Positions 43,177 through 56,682 of a stretch of DNA of 64,000 nt are shown here, in pieces. Within the stretch, counting starts at the first letter, position 1. The number at the start of each line of letters is the position of its first letter. The stretch covers positions 20,150,001 to 20,214,000 of the forward strand of contig OX597822.1 in assembly GCA_951406725.2 (NCBI GenBank), in the 5' to 3' direction. Origin of the DNA: Octopus vulgaris. Taxonomy: Eukaryota. Below the pieces are notes generated by a model, which saw nothing but the letters and a program-made list of their open reading frames with translations, ran no database searches and was not told where the DNA came from. Both the position numbers and the translations under genes were made by a program.

Positions 43177-43820
43177 TTTGACGCGTTGGAGATGACTCTC
43201 TCTCAAAGCCGGGTGGGAAAACACCTGAAAGTCATAGCCAGGTGAGACGACTCATCCCAAGTCCAATTCAGGAACGATGGACATCGATGTTTCTCCATTT
43301 TTGTGGTTTATCAAAATTACGGTGTAAATATTATGTAATAAACCGGCGCTATGAGAGTCATTTCCAACGCATCAAATGGCAGCCGACCAGTGAACAAACA
43401 AAGTACATACATTCTGTATGTGTGTTCTATAATGTTTACAACACGTGCTTCTAATTCATATTTTGAATTTATTCCTCTACGTATGCATCGTTAGAGCATG
43501 TCAGCAGATGGATTTTACACCGCTATATATAGTCATGGACAAGGAATTTAATTTGGACCAAGTTCTCTTCAGGAACGTGATGCCGATAAGCCACAAAAAC
43601 GGCGAAACATCACAGTCCATCGCTTCAGAATAAGAATTGAGGTAACGTGCCTCACCTGTCCATGACTATGATTTTCAGGTGTTTTAACACCCGGCGTTTT
43701 GAGAGAGTCATATCCAACGCGTCAAATCGCAACCGACCGGCAAACAAGCACAGCGCATACATTTTGTATGCATGTTCGATAGTGTTTACAACACTTGCGT
43801 GGCTTCAAATTCATATTCGA
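43177..43820. repeat. Modular repeat with inverted and direct copies (probable non-autonomous DNA element)
   Basis: 43177-43248 is the reverse complement of ~43650-43727; 43340-43460 is a direct diverged copy of 43690-43820. Confidence 0.65.
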
Positions 43821-43956
43821 ATATATATATATACTACTAATATAGGATGAAGTTTTTTTACAGAAAAAATTTCATCAAAAAAGTGGCAGCATATTAAAAT
43901 ACCTTTATGGTTAAAATTATAAACAACTTTCTTTTGCCCTTGTTTATAAGTCGTAT

Positions 43957-46900
43957 AAACTTAGATAAACTTAGATATGTTTCGACCAAAGATTGGTCCA
44001 GGCCATGTCTAACTTAATAGCACCACCTGATAGGATTATTCGAATCCTGTTTAAGTCAAGTTTTGTTTAAGTCAAGTTTTGTTCAAGTAGTGAGTTCTTG
44101 TTGGGTGAGTTGTATCCAATTATGGGTGGCTTATCTGGTATTCTTTGAAGGAATCTATCCAGACTCTGTTTAAAGTTGATGGGATCCTTTTCCTCTTTGA
44201 TCTCCCTCGGGACAATGTTAAATAGGGCAGGGCCTGTTGAGGGAAAGAAATTATGTTGCAGTGTACATGTATGTTGTGATCTTGAATTTGGCAGGGGACG
44301 TATAGCCCGTGGTCCAAGTCTTGGATGAACCTTGAAGCTAATGTTTAGGTCGTTTGGGCAAAGTTGGCGGTATATTTTCCACATCGTACAAATGATGTAC
44401 CGCTCACGGCGACGCTGGAGGGAGTAAAGTTTCAAGGCGATCCCAATAATCGAGAGCAGCCATGCCTTCAATTTGTTTAGTGAGAGCCCTCTGGGGTGAC
44501 TCAATTCTGGAGATGTTTTGTCTTGTGTGAGGAGACCACAGTGGGCAGCAGTATTCAAGGTATGGCCGTACAAAGGAGGAAAAAAGTGGTATGATGACAC
44601 CTTGTTCTCTGGACCGGAAAGTTCTTAAGATCCAGGAACTCATCCCTATATCGACCTTCTTGTTGATGTGTGCACTCCAACTGAGATCGTCATCAACAAT
44701 TACACCCAGGTCTCTGATATTGTTAGAGGCTGTGAGCGGTTCCCCTGAAGGAAGAGAGTATGGTTGTTTTAGTGAGGAATTTCTTCCAAAATGCATCAGC
44801 TCAAATTTTCCCTCATTCAGTTGCATTTTGTTTCTGTCTGCCCATTGACTCACAGCATTGCTGGAGCTTAGTGTCATCAGTGAATATTTTCACTTTGCAG
44901 TAATGTACGACACTGAAAAGGTCGTTTACGTAAATTATGAAGAGTAGCGGACCCAAAACAGTTCCCTGGGGAACACCGCTGGTGACTTTTGCTGGGTTTG
45001 AGTGGACTCCATCAACTACAACATGTTGTGTTCTATTCGCCAGGAAATACTTAATCCAGTGTAGAACTTTTCCACGGATTCCAACATTTGCCAATTTTGA
45101 GAGTAGGATGTTATGGTCTACCCTGTCGAACGCTTTACTGAAGTCAAGATATATGACGTCAGAGTTCGAACCTGTTCCCAAGGCTTTGAGTACATCTTCA
45201 ATGTGGTGTAAGAGCTGTGTTAGACAGTCCCTGCCACAGTGAAAGCCATGCTGATTTGAATTTAGGAGTTTGTGGGTCTCCAGGAAGTCAGCTATCCTTG
45301 ATCTTAACACTCTTTCAAACACTTTAATGATGTAGGAGGTGAGTGAGATTGGGCGATAGTTGACTGCGAGGGATCTGTTTCCCTGTTTGAAAACCGAGAT
45401 GACCGACTGGGATAGAAACTGTTTCGGTATATAACCTGTGTCTAACGAATTTCTCCAGAGGTTGGTCAGAGGGACTGCAAGTTGATATCTACATTCCTTC
45501 AGGAGACTAGCGGGAAATCTATCAGGGCCTACATCAGAGTAATGTTTGACCTCATTTATTGCTGCTACGATGTCGGTGGCAGTGAAGGTTATGTCTGAGA
45601 TTTTGTGTTGGGAGTCAACTTCGTTCGTTTCCCTCACGTCAATATCAGTGGGAACACTGAAGACAGAGCAGTATTGTTTCTGCAGTATTTCTGCCATTTC
45701 TTTAGCATCGTGTTGGGGAATGCCGTTATCATCAATCAATGGCCCAATGGGTGAGACAGTGGTTCTATGCTTATTTGCATAAGAATAGAACACTTTTGGG
45801 TTCTGTTTGATGTTTTTGATTACCCATTGTTCCTCCACAGCTCTTTGATTTTCAATGGAGGTTTTCATGTTAGTCTGCAGATGAAGTTTTTCCAGCTCTA
45901 GTCTTTTCATTGTTGTTGAATGTGGATGTTGTGTGTGGGAATATTTTAATTGGTTGATTTTTTTGTTGAGTCTTTTGATGCGCCTGATGAGTGTTTTTTT
46001 TCTTTTTAGGGAGCCGGTTTCTGTTTGTGTTAGTAGATTCTTGGGAGCGTGTTTAGAGCATGTATAGGTGACAATGTTTTCAAAGTGCTGCCACGCGGTC
46101 TCAATATGAGAGGAATTGAGAGTAAAAGACCAGTCGATGGAAGACAGATCCTTTCTGAATGTTCCCCAGTCCGCTTTGTGGAAGTTTATGTTGTCAAATG
46201 GGTGCCATGGAGTGGGATTGGCTGGTTTGGTTTTTATATGTCGGGAATTAAGATTGCAGAGTACCATGTCGTGGTCTGAGAGGAGAGTTTTTTCGACTGA
46301 AATTCTGTGAACGTAGCTAGGGTGATTGGTCAATACCAGATCCAAGATCGTTTTATTCTGTCTCGTTGGTTCAAGCACTAGCTGAGTCAGGGAATACTCA
46401 TCCATCAGATTAAAGAGCAGTTCTGCTGCTGCTCTATCTGATGTAGAGCACCTACCTAACTTCAGAGTATTTGTGGGCCAGTTCACATGAGGGAGGTTAA
46501 AATCACCCATCACTAGTATGTTTCCGGAGTGGTACTTCCGAAGGAAGGACTTGACTTTGCTAAGGCACTCTTCAAAGTACTTTAGAGGTGCCTGGGGAGG
46601 CCTGTAAAGACCAACAATGGTTATGTCCTTGGCTTTGTTGTATAGTGATACCGATTCACAGTAGCCATTGGAAAATATGTCCTTGGCATCAAGTGAAAAG
46701 GAGTCATGGATAAAGATGGCTGTCCCTCCCTTATTTCGGTCAGTGCGATCCGCACGAACAATGGTGAAATCTTTTATTTTCACCTCTGCGTCCATATGGG
46801 TGTTGTTCAGGTGAGTCTCGGTAAGGATAAAGAAAGGGAAGCAATGTGCCATTTCGGCAAGCCAACTCTCTATAATGGTAATGGGTGAGTGGTCCTTGTG

Positions 46901-47060
46901 ATTTGCATAGATGGTTGGTGATAGCTCGCTGGATCTCCTGGCTTAGGTCGGCCTTCATATTTTCCAGGTATGTCAGTAAAAAAGAGTTACTTGTTTGGTT
47001 TGCCACTTGGTCAGAGGATACATATTTCATGTTGGCGTTATTTGGTGTTTTTTCATGGTT
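43957..47060 (-). mobile_element. CR1-group LINE: ORF1 remnant plus ORF2 (AP endonuclease + RT), frameshifted near the 3' end
   Basis: 679-aa ORF with LTETH, YRPP, GDFNLP, LDLVLTN, SDH, NYRPISLTS, YLDFSKAFDRVDH, GVPQGTVLGPLLF, FTDDTK; continuation RPYLEYC, LYSLQRRRERY; 3' stem-loop gaccaa-tct-ttggtc and (tctaagttta)2 tail. Confidence 0.95.
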
Positions 47061-47067
47061 CTATATA

Positions 47068-47106
<39 letters not shown>

Positions 47107-47251
47107 GTTATTTTGGACTAATGAGTATATGTCAATTAGTGTGTATATGCGTTGAGTAAAGCACTGGCATTGTTTGGGCCACCTGGTGTCATCCGCAGTC
47201 GGGGTATATTTCCGTTGGATCCACTTCAGGAATTCAGGAATTACAGAAGAA

Positions 47252-47441
47252 GGAATTACTATAACTCTTTATTTTGTACGACGATCGTTTCGACTAATCA
47301 TTTATGTATGAGTGTACCTGATGTGACCCAGATTGCAAAATTGATGCAACGCCATATGATGCACAGCATCCCACTCATAAAGGAGAGTCGCAGGATAGGT
47401 CGAAACGATTATCGTATAAAATAAAGAGTTATACCAATTCC
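47252..47441. repeat. Foldback/hairpin element with ~48-bp imperfect inverted arms
   Basis: ggaatt..tataactctttatttt.tacga..atcgtttcgac vs gtcgaaacgat..tcgtataaaataaagagttata..aattcc. Confidence 0.8.
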
Positions 47442-47461
47442 ATCTTGTGTTTACTTAATTG

Positions 47462-47528
<67 letters not shown>

Positions 47529-47775
47529 GTATGTATACATACACACATAGTCTTACCCCTAATGTCTTAGTGTTTCCACTGTATTTATAGCTGTAGAGGC
47601 AACACAACGCTGATAGTATGTTGGTAGTATGTTTTCTTTAAATGATAACAGTAACAATTCTCCTTAGTAATATCTTGCATAAATAATGCGGCTAGCTGGC
47701 AGAATCGTTAGCACGTCGGGCAAATGCTTTGCGGTGTTTAGTCAGCCATTACGTTTTGAGTTTGAATTCCGCCGA

Positions 47776-48315
47776 ATTGCTCCAAAAAATGAGACAGTTG
47801 CAAGGATTAACCATGAATTAATGAATAAGATTCCAACAGTCATTAAGAAGTACAAATCAGTTGATTCAGTCCTTGATGAGTTCCTTAATTCTCTTGAGCC
47901 ACCTGGAATTCCTCCACATAAACTTTTTCTGAAGGTAGGAGTCCCAACAATGCTTCTAATAAATTTAGATCTTCCTAAATTATGCAATGGGACAAGGTTA
48001 ATTGTGAAGCTATTATCAACTAATGTAACAGAAGGCACCATCATCACTGAATGTGCTTCTGGGGAAGAGGTTTTCATTCCAAGTATTCCAAACAAACCAA
48101 CAGACATGCCGTTTGAGTTCAAACGAACACAATTCCCTGTGCAACTTTGCTTTGCAATGTCTATTAATAAAGCTCAAGGTCAGCCTTTGAAATCTACAGG
48201 CTTGCTTTTCTCATGGCCACCTTCATGTTGGTTGCTCCAGTAGTTTGCAAGACTTATTTGTCTATGCTTCAAACCAGAAAACAAAGAATGTTGTTTTCCC
48301 AGAGGTTCTTACGTA
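47776..48315 (+). mobile_element. Helitron PIF1-like helicase C-terminal fragment (pseudogenised)
   Basis: APKN, EFLNSLEPPGIPPHKLFLKVG, LCNGTRL, FKRTQFPVQLCFAMSINKAQGQ, frameshifted FSHGHL; internal deletions. Confidence 0.9.
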
Positions 48316-48402
48316 CTTTACATCAACATATGTGGTAGAATTTATCGTCTTTCATAAAAGTGGTAAATTTTGTATTTTCGTTTGTTATCATTATTATTAT
48401 TA

Positions 48403-48947
48403 TTGAGTGAGAGAGCAGTTCATGCCATCAAAGTGACACTGGGGTAAAATATACGAAGCCCAATATACCCATCATGACTACCCGTCTGATAAAGTTACAT
48501 CAGGCACATGCATCACAACCATATGTGCGCGACATGGTGATCTCATATCAAGATGAACAGCACATGACCTTGCAGGTGGGGCCCAGTTAGAATTTTCTTC
48601 AGGTTGAGTAGCCCATCCCGCTTAAACGGTCCCTGAATAAGGGTTGTTTAAGGATGTTGAAAGAACCACCCATGTTTCCAGAGGTGAACTATTCAAACCC
48701 CAAAGAATCCCTCTCAACACATGGCTATGATGCTCCCCCACTACTTCTGCTCGTGATCAGAGATGCACATATCGTCAGCCACTAAGGGACATGCTCAACT
48801 GGTTAAGGTCAAACAACTGACAAGCAAATCTGTGGTATTGAGCAGAATATTTGCTGTAGCCCATCTTTTATACCAAGACAAAACAATGTACATGATAACA
48901 CTTCCAATCAGTTAAGATCAGAAGCCATGAGAGCCACTGCCTGGTAC

Positions 48948-48948
<1 letters not shown>
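48403..48948 (-). mobile_element. Family C (TAA)n-embedded element
   Basis: Near-identical to 61445-61980; (ATT)n on both sides. Confidence 0.9.
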
Positions 48949-48999
<51 letters not shown>

Positions 49000-49261
49000 G
49001 TTATTATTATTATTATTATTATTCCTTCGTAACACAGTGTAGGTAAAAATGCATATATATAAAGGGAAAGCAAAATGCGTGAGTGAAAGGAATAAGGTAA
49101 TGGTGTCCGTTGGTAAAAATGTGTCCTTGAAGAAATACGTTTGGACGCTGTGGAGAGACAAATATCTTAACGCCTGTGGCAAGGCTGGAAGGGAATTAAC
49201 AATTTATAGTATTACATGAAACGTATAAAAACATAAGGAAAGGCAGTTTTCCGGGATGCGA

Positions 49262-49308
<47 letters not shown>

Positions 49309-49479
49309 AAATGATAATTATAATAATAATATTTTCGGGTTTCGTTACTATAGCGAGAAATGGTAATTAAAAATACTATATAATTTTTTTTTATTAAAAT
49401 ATGTTTACCTGTCGTTATTTAACGCAACGGAATAAGGGGTATTCAGTATTATAAATAAAGTGAACATAACTAAATGAAA

Positions 49480-50410
49480 GTGATTCAAATCCTTTATGTT
49501 TAGAGCAAAAAATATCGTTAGATAAACTTAATAAAACAAAACAATGTGAGATGAAATACAAAGTAAACTACAAAAATTAAAACAGACTGATAGCTGAAGT
49601 TTTACGGTATTTTTCGATACTTTTGCGTTATGTGCCCTTCCTCAGTTGTTGCACAAATATGGCAGAGGATGATATCATGTGAAGATTGGTTTGTTACAAT
49701 AATCAGTCTGCCTCTTTTCTGTAACTCTTTTCTGTTGTTTAGAGCTAGTCTCAGCTTGTTAATAACGAGGGCCTCTATGATTCTAAGATTGCGTATATTT
49801 CGTTGAGTGACCCTGATGGATACTGTGAAATCCTGGATCTGACACTTCTGTAGTTATTTACGGACTGAAATGCTGGTGTGTGTGTGTTCCTTGTTGCAAA
49901 TGCACATTTTTCTGGTGGTTCGTCCAATATAGGAAACATTACATAAGTAGCAGACTACCTCCAACATTACATAGGCTCTCACGTACATTTTGAAGTTGTT
50001 GATGAAGCAGTTAGATAACGTGCACCCGAAGATGCTTTTTCTGTATCATTTCTATGTTAAGTCCCTCCCAGTGAATTGCATGATGTATTAAGCAGTAGTT
50101 CTGTCACCGAAGCAGAATAGGTTTAGGAATACGAGCCCGCATTTGAGGTTTACTAACTTCAGCGTCGTTTAGACGCTGACGAAAGATAGTGGATAGTCGT
50201 TGTTTATTAAGAACTTGTGGAACCGCTTGGTGTTGGTAACATTGTCAACTGCATCACTGCACATGTCACTTATACATGCAATTTCATTTCGCAGTTATGT
50301 GTCTTTGGCTCTGGTGAGCAGGACTGATTCGCAGTGCACCAACTGGTTCCTACTGACAGCTTTCCTATAAAAGTTTGCATATAGGAGTCCGTTGATATTC
50401 AAATATAACG
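49480..50410 (-). mobile_element. Decayed Penelope-like element: RT thumb + GIY-YIG endonuclease + 3' terminal region
   Basis: NFYRKAVSRNQLVHCES...FLINNDYP; CYLCNVSYIGRTTRK...KEH...LRIIEALVINK...LNNRKE; caaCTGAGGAAGGG downstream of the ORF end. Confidence 0.8.
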
Positions 50411-50439
50411 TGAAATATAGTATACATACATACATACAT

Positions 50440-50533
<94 letters not shown>

Positions 50534-50559
50534 CATATTTTAAAATAATTTAATAAAAT

Positions 50560-52270
50560 ATGAAGTAAAATGTACGGTTACTCACCAATAATGAATGATA
50601 GTGATTTAAAACGATGATGATGAAAATAATGAACGTAATGACTGCACAGCAAAGAAGATTTAAAGCTTTTCAGGTGACGCCTCTTCAAGTGTTGTAGGGG
50701 ATGTCATATCTTCCTGCAAGGCTGTCTTTGTGGGCTTGGGGAACATTGTGATGGGAAGTTGCAGTCGTTGTTTCTTCATGGTGGTGAGGAGAGTTTTATA
50801 TGTCTGCATGACAGCATCGATGGCATTTTTAAATTGGAGAGACTAAACCATATAGAGATCCCCTGCTTCCGCTTTCCCTTGCAATTTCTTTGCTGTCCTT
50901 AAAATGTCAGACAGACGTTCGACTGCCAGGCTCACCTCATCCTCCTCTTTCTCTGGATCTGGCGCTTTCTCCTCCTCCTCCTGCGATGAAGGTTTCTCTT
51001 TTCATGTCTTTAAGAGCAGCATGGATGGCTGATAGGCCCGTTGCGATCGTAAAGTAACGTCAGTACTCCTTTAACTTGAAATTCTCGTCTGAATCCACTC
51101 CGTCCACAAGGTGTTGGAGAGAGTACCGAGTGCAAATTGCCTTGAAGGCACGGATCACGCCTTGATCCATAGGCTAGATCAGGGAGGTAGTGTTTACAGA
51201 GAGGAACTCGATTTGGACTCCCACGTGATTAAAATAAAAAAAGTGACCACCAGCATTATCCATAACAAGCAACACTTTGAATTCCACGGAAACATTTTGA
51301 AGGTATTCCTTGGCTTGAGGAATGAAGCATTGATGGAACCAATTCGAAGTTAGACTTTTGGTAATTTTGGCTTTGGGGTTGTGCATCCATTGGACAGGCA
51401 GCAGGTATTTATTCTTACATTTGAAGGCCCTCGGGTTCGCGGAGTTGTAGATAAATCCTGGTTTTATCATAAAGCCAGCAGTATTGCGACACGTAATTAG
51501 CATCACTTTGGCCTTCTATGCCTAAACCTCGGGGCTCTTGCTTCGTCCGTCATGATGTACGCTCTGGAAGGCATCTTCTTCCGAACAATCCAATCTCGTC
51601 CATATTGAAAACCTATTCCGGCTCCTATCCCTTGTCCTCGATGATTTGCTTAAAGGTCTCGAGGTACTTCTTTGTCAGCTGATGCTATCTCTTCATGCAG
51701 GGAAACACACTTCATTTTAAACCGTTTCCAGTTTGAAAATCGGGCTCAGGTGCTGTCAATGGTCTTAGTTGCAGTTCTTCGGTGCCTTCTTCTCCGTCTT
51801 CTCTGGCGAACTGCTGGTATAATTTCTGCGCTGTCTCGCGGATGTTTTTCTTCATGCAGTCACTGATCCACAATGCCAAGACAGATTCCACCCTGATGAA
51901 GTATCTATTTCTCTCTATCGTTATCTTTTTGGCACTTTCACAGAAACTTACTGCTACGGTAGTCCTGATCACCACACTGTTCTTCTTTATGTATTGAACG
52001 GTGCTTTCGTTGAAAACATAATAGCCACCTACTGCAGCATAACTTTTACTTCCCGGAACATATCCAACAGTTGTGTCTTCTCATGGAGCGTCATAATGTT
52101 TTTCTGACGCTCAGATTCACTGCCAGAAGCCTTAAAAGGTGTAAAGCGTTTGAGAGGCATCTCAAGTCTTTAATAACACGCTGCGAATAGTTTGTATTAC
52201 CACTAAATTCTGAGATGGAGATCGAGCAGAGTGAGAGGGTTCTAAACTCGCGTGCGAGCGTTCGATCTCA
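50560..52270 (-). mobile_element. Decayed Tigger/pogo transposon
   Basis: MPLKR..., NESTV, VFNMDEIGLF, KMPSR, NPRAFK, WFHQCFIP, LLVMDNAGGH, NTTSLI*PMDQGVIRAFK; stops and frameshifts; TIRs not identified. Confidence 0.9.
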
Positions 52271-53615
52271 AATTTTATGTGTTTGTCGACGTTGTTGAAT
52301 GTCTGGTTATATGCCGATAGCCTCCTTTCGGAAGGAAATTAGCTTTAGGAAGTCATCACCAAATCTAGAGACAAAGACAAAGGAGTGACAGGTGCTAAGC
52401 ACTGAGCGCTCCAGTTGCTCCATGTACGTGATGACCAGCAGGTCTGAGACCATTGTATCGGAAGTATGTATTACAGACCATGGTGTTTAATATATAAAAA
52501 ATTATTGCTCTTGGCTAACACCGCCACAAGACTTGACAGAGTGAAGGCCAACAATAATTCCAAGCTTTGTATAGTAACGGAATGTATAACTTTAGTTCCA
52601 CAGTACGAATTCCTAGCCATAAACAGTACAAATATATAATAATCAAAGAGGATGTTAATATCAAGTGCAGACAATGCAATCAGCTCACTGATGCAACTGA
52701 TCATATTATTTACTGCTACTCAGTCCTTTAAAAGTCCGAGTATCTTCAGACGCTCGATGGAGTTGGCAGTTATGGATATACTGGGCAATATGCGGATACT
52801 TCGATGCAAAAACGAATGAGGCTGTGAAGAACCTGAACCAATGAACAGTACCTGACGACAATCTCTTCTTTATCATTTGGGAGATGCGAGAGCAAACCAA
52901 CAAAGAGATGTCGGTTGAAGTGCCTATCTGTTTTAGGTAATTAATCATTCTTAATTGAATGCTTTTATTCTCCGTACTTCAAACCTTATTCAAGTGCAAG
53001 ACTGCTAAATTGAACAACAAGTAGTAATGTTTTCCACTCCGTATGTTGCAGAGGGGCCTGGCAGGAGACATGTGAAGGAGTGGCTACGTACTAACATGAC
53101 CCACACGTTTTCTTTTATCTAAGAAGGTTCTAAGTATTAGATACATCACATCACTCATGCAACAATATCTGTGCATATCCACAAAATTTCTCCACACAAC
53201 ATACATACATTCACGCTGCATACATTTGAATTTTAATCTGTTTATACTGGCAATGCATATATGTATATATTGTATTTTTATTTAAATGTTACTTTCTGAA
53301 CGCAAAGAAAATAATTTTACATATCAAATTGAAATAACTTATATGGCGTCGTGTCTTGAATAGAGAAATATGAAATTTATTCTATCTTAAAAAAAATTGT
53401 TTCCTCAGTTGGAACCAGAATAATTTTATTTCACTAATTTATCGAGAAAATCTCGGAAAATATCATTTCCATTACTTATAAATTGATGGTGACATGCCTA
53501 AATTAATAAAATTAACGTGGATAAATTTGACTATTTATTCCTGCTCTTTTCATGACGTATGTTCTCTGCAGAAATGTTACGAAGGCAACCAAACTCTCCA
53601 AGTAACAGTATGTAC

Positions 53616-53678
<63 letters not shown>

Positions 53679-53829
53679 TAGGGAGAGAAAGAGAGAAGGA
53701 GAGATGACGGGAACAGTAAATAACATAGCATAAAGTTTTACATTTAGCAGAAGAGTAAAGTCGATTATACTGACATCAAGATTATACTGACATCAAGTAA
53801 TTCATTAATTATAGATTCAAATTACAGAG

Positions 53830-54385
53830 TGGGTTGGCAGACACGCAAGAAAGTCGGAATAATGCCGAAAAAATGTCTTCTGTATTTAGCTGTTACTTCA
53901 GTCTCAGTTCAAATCATGCCGAGAAAATTCCTTGGTGATACCAGTAATTTTGCTCTTGCAATTACGGATATCAATATTAAAAAAAAAAAATAAAGGCAGC
54001 GCGCTGAATGAATCCTTAGTATGGTAGCATTTTATCTGTTTTCAAATTTCGCTGAAGTCGACTTCGCCGTTCCTCATCTTAGGGAGGGACAATAAAATGT
54101 AAGCACAAGGGACACTAGGGTCGATGTAATCAATTTTCCCCTCCCCCAAACTTTGTGGTCAAGTGCCAAAAATTTGAAACAATAAAGGCAGCAAGCTGGT
54201 AGAATCCTTGGCACGCCGAACACAATGCTTAGCGGCATTTCGTCAGTTTTCAACTTCCACGGAGGTCGACTTTACCTTCCATTCATTCGAGGTAGTTAAC
54301 AAGCACTATTTGAACGCTGGGGGTCGATGTAATCGACCTATCTCCTCCCGCGAAATTGTTGGCCTTTTGCCAAAATTTGAAACGA
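53830..54385 (+). mobile_element. Three head-to-tail SINE family B copies (first is partial)
   Basis: Starts aaggcagc at 53993 and 54186; repeated gtcgactt, ggggtcgatgtaatc, gccaaaatttgaaac. Confidence 0.8.
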
Positions 54386-55855
54386 ATATTAATGAAAATG
54401 TGTAAGAACAGTTAATATCATCTTTTTTGTAACTTTGTAAGACTTTTGAAAACAATGTTAATAATATTCGCTTAAAACATATTTGGTTTCGTATGATGTA
54501 GTGGTCAAGATGAAATCTTGTAAGTAAAGACCTGAAATGTAAGAAGAAATCACTTGAGAGTAATATGAACAGTTTAGTCTTAAGTGTTAATATTTAAGAG
54601 AATTATCAATTTCGAGAAGAGTGAAGTAAAAGAACTCTAGTATTTTCATAAAGAAGACGTGAAACATTGTGGCATTTCACATTTTTTGTGGTCAAAATAA
54701 TAAGTCCTTGTAGTATATTATTTATTGTAAATAAATACATCATAGGAAAAATGCCTGAAATAATTTTATTTTCGACTAGAAAGTTAAAACAACGGCGTGA
54801 TTAAACATACATTACACTGTGTTATTGAATAAACCGTTTCGATCCCTTTGGCTGCTTAGAAACACTAGAAACTGAAACGTTTATCACTTTATGAAAATAT
54901 AGTTTTCATTTCTAGAATGTGGCAATATTTTTTTTAGAGCTTTGAACAACTCTTATCCAACTCCAACATTTTATGCAATACGGCACTTATTCGATCCTCT
55001 ATAGAAATATGAGAGGTTGCTGTCTCAAGATAAACACAAGTCAGTTTAAAAATAGCATTTATTCATCTATTGAGCGAATTGAAAACAAGCTAATGATTGT
55101 GATATATTTCAGACATATTATTGCATTTATATCTTCAACCGTTTTTAACCCAAATTATGGTTGGTTTTGTCGGGCCAACGTAACACTTTTATTGCAAATG
55201 TCAATAAAAGAATCCTATTCTGTTTATTGAATAATCTCCGGTGACATTTCATTTTCTTAAAAAAGAGTACGCTTCGACCATAGGCGTACCTAGAAAACGT
55301 GCACTAACTTGCTGCCTACGTAGATTTATCAGAACATCTGATGTTACTTTTGATTTCGCTTATAATTGATCCCTAATGTCCGAAGAACTTCAGCGTATTT
55401 CTGTGTCATTTCTGTTTCCAAACTATTATTTCAAACCTTTAGATTTGAAGAGATTTTAAAACATCTTTTATTGAGATGTCTCTATTGAATAAAACACATC
55501 AGACGGTATTAAAGATCTGGGTATTAGTCTTTTATTTCATTATCAAAGTAATTAACATATAACACCTGGACAGTATATTTAATTGGAAAAAAATGACTTG
55601 TCGGTACAGTATTTAACTGGTATACATATATTTTTTTATTTCATTCTTAGAATATTTTTCAATGTTAGCATTCTCGTTGCACTTTAACTTGCTTAGTATA
55701 AATCGATCTAGTAACAAAATAGAGATTATCAATAAAGAAAACATGAAAAATTTATCGTTTTGACTAGGTTTGCCTGAGTAAAATCTAATATCTAAGGAAA
55801 AGAGCATTGTTTCAGTACCCTTAGGATCACTCCATGAACTTGTGTACTTGTAGAT

Positions 55856-56682
55856 TGTTTGGCATCCTTTCTGTCTCGGGAGACAATGGAGTTGCGCATT
55901 TTTTTTTTTTTTTTTTTGTCTAGGCTGTTATATTTTATTTCCTGTTACATTTCTTGCTGTGGCTGTGTAGTCCTATCCTGGACAAACACTCCCTCTGGCA
56001 GGTACTGCAAATGTAGCGAAGACTGTTCCTGGCTGATTGTAGTGCCATGGTCTCTTGTTTATGTCTCTTCCTTTCTTTCCATTTCTCCTCTCTCTTTCTG
56101 TCACTCCTCTGTATACCCTCTTTTACTGTACGTCGCCATTCTCCACGGTTGCCGGCGACTGCCTCCCAACCGCTAATGTTGATGTTGCGGGCCTTCATAT
56201 CCCTTTTGCAAACATCCTTGTAACGTAAGATCGGTCTACCCACAGACCTAGTACCCCTAGCAAGCTCTCCGTAGAGTATGTCCTTGGGGATTCTGCCATC
56301 TTTCATACGGCTAACATGCCCAAGCCATCTCATACGTCTTTGTGTGAGGAGTGCAAACATGCTTGGTATTCCTGCTTGCCTGAGGACATCTTTGTTGGGG
56401 ATATGATTCTGCCATTTGATGTGGAGGATTTTTCGGAGGCAGCGCAGGTGAAAGATGTTTAGGCGACGCTCTTGGCGTGTGTATAGCGTCCAGGTCTCGC
56501 TTCCATACAGTAGAGTGCTGAGTACACATGCCTGGTAGATCTTCATTTTTGTGGTCTTGGTCAGCTTATTGTTGTCCCAAGCCCGTTTGGAGAGTTGGGC
56601 CATCGCAGCAGCTGCCTTGCCAATGCGTATATTGAGCTCAGCGTCAAGGGATAGGTTGTAGGTGACGGTAGAGCCCAGATAG
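55856..56682 (-). mobile_element. RTE-clade LINE, 5'-truncated, with 12-bp TSD
   Basis: YLGS...RIGKA...LLYGSETW...RWLGHVSRM..RIPK.ILYGEL...GRP..RYKD and terminal CxxC..HxxxC finger; TSD GTACTTGTAGAT at 55844-55855 and 56683-56694. Confidence 0.95.

Noticed and set aside
43975-44005. Hammerhead at the CR1 3' end (CTG-GACCAA tct TTGGTC-GAAAC)
   Set aside because: Lacks ANGA of the core and stem I; better explained as the LINE 3' recognition stem-loop
47686-48243. Host PIF1 helicase gene
   Set aside because: Start codon comes from a SINE B head fragment; intronless, deleted and frameshifted, typical of Helitron debris
50660-52160. Domesticated TIGD/CENP-B gene
   Set aside because: Multiple stops and frameshifts
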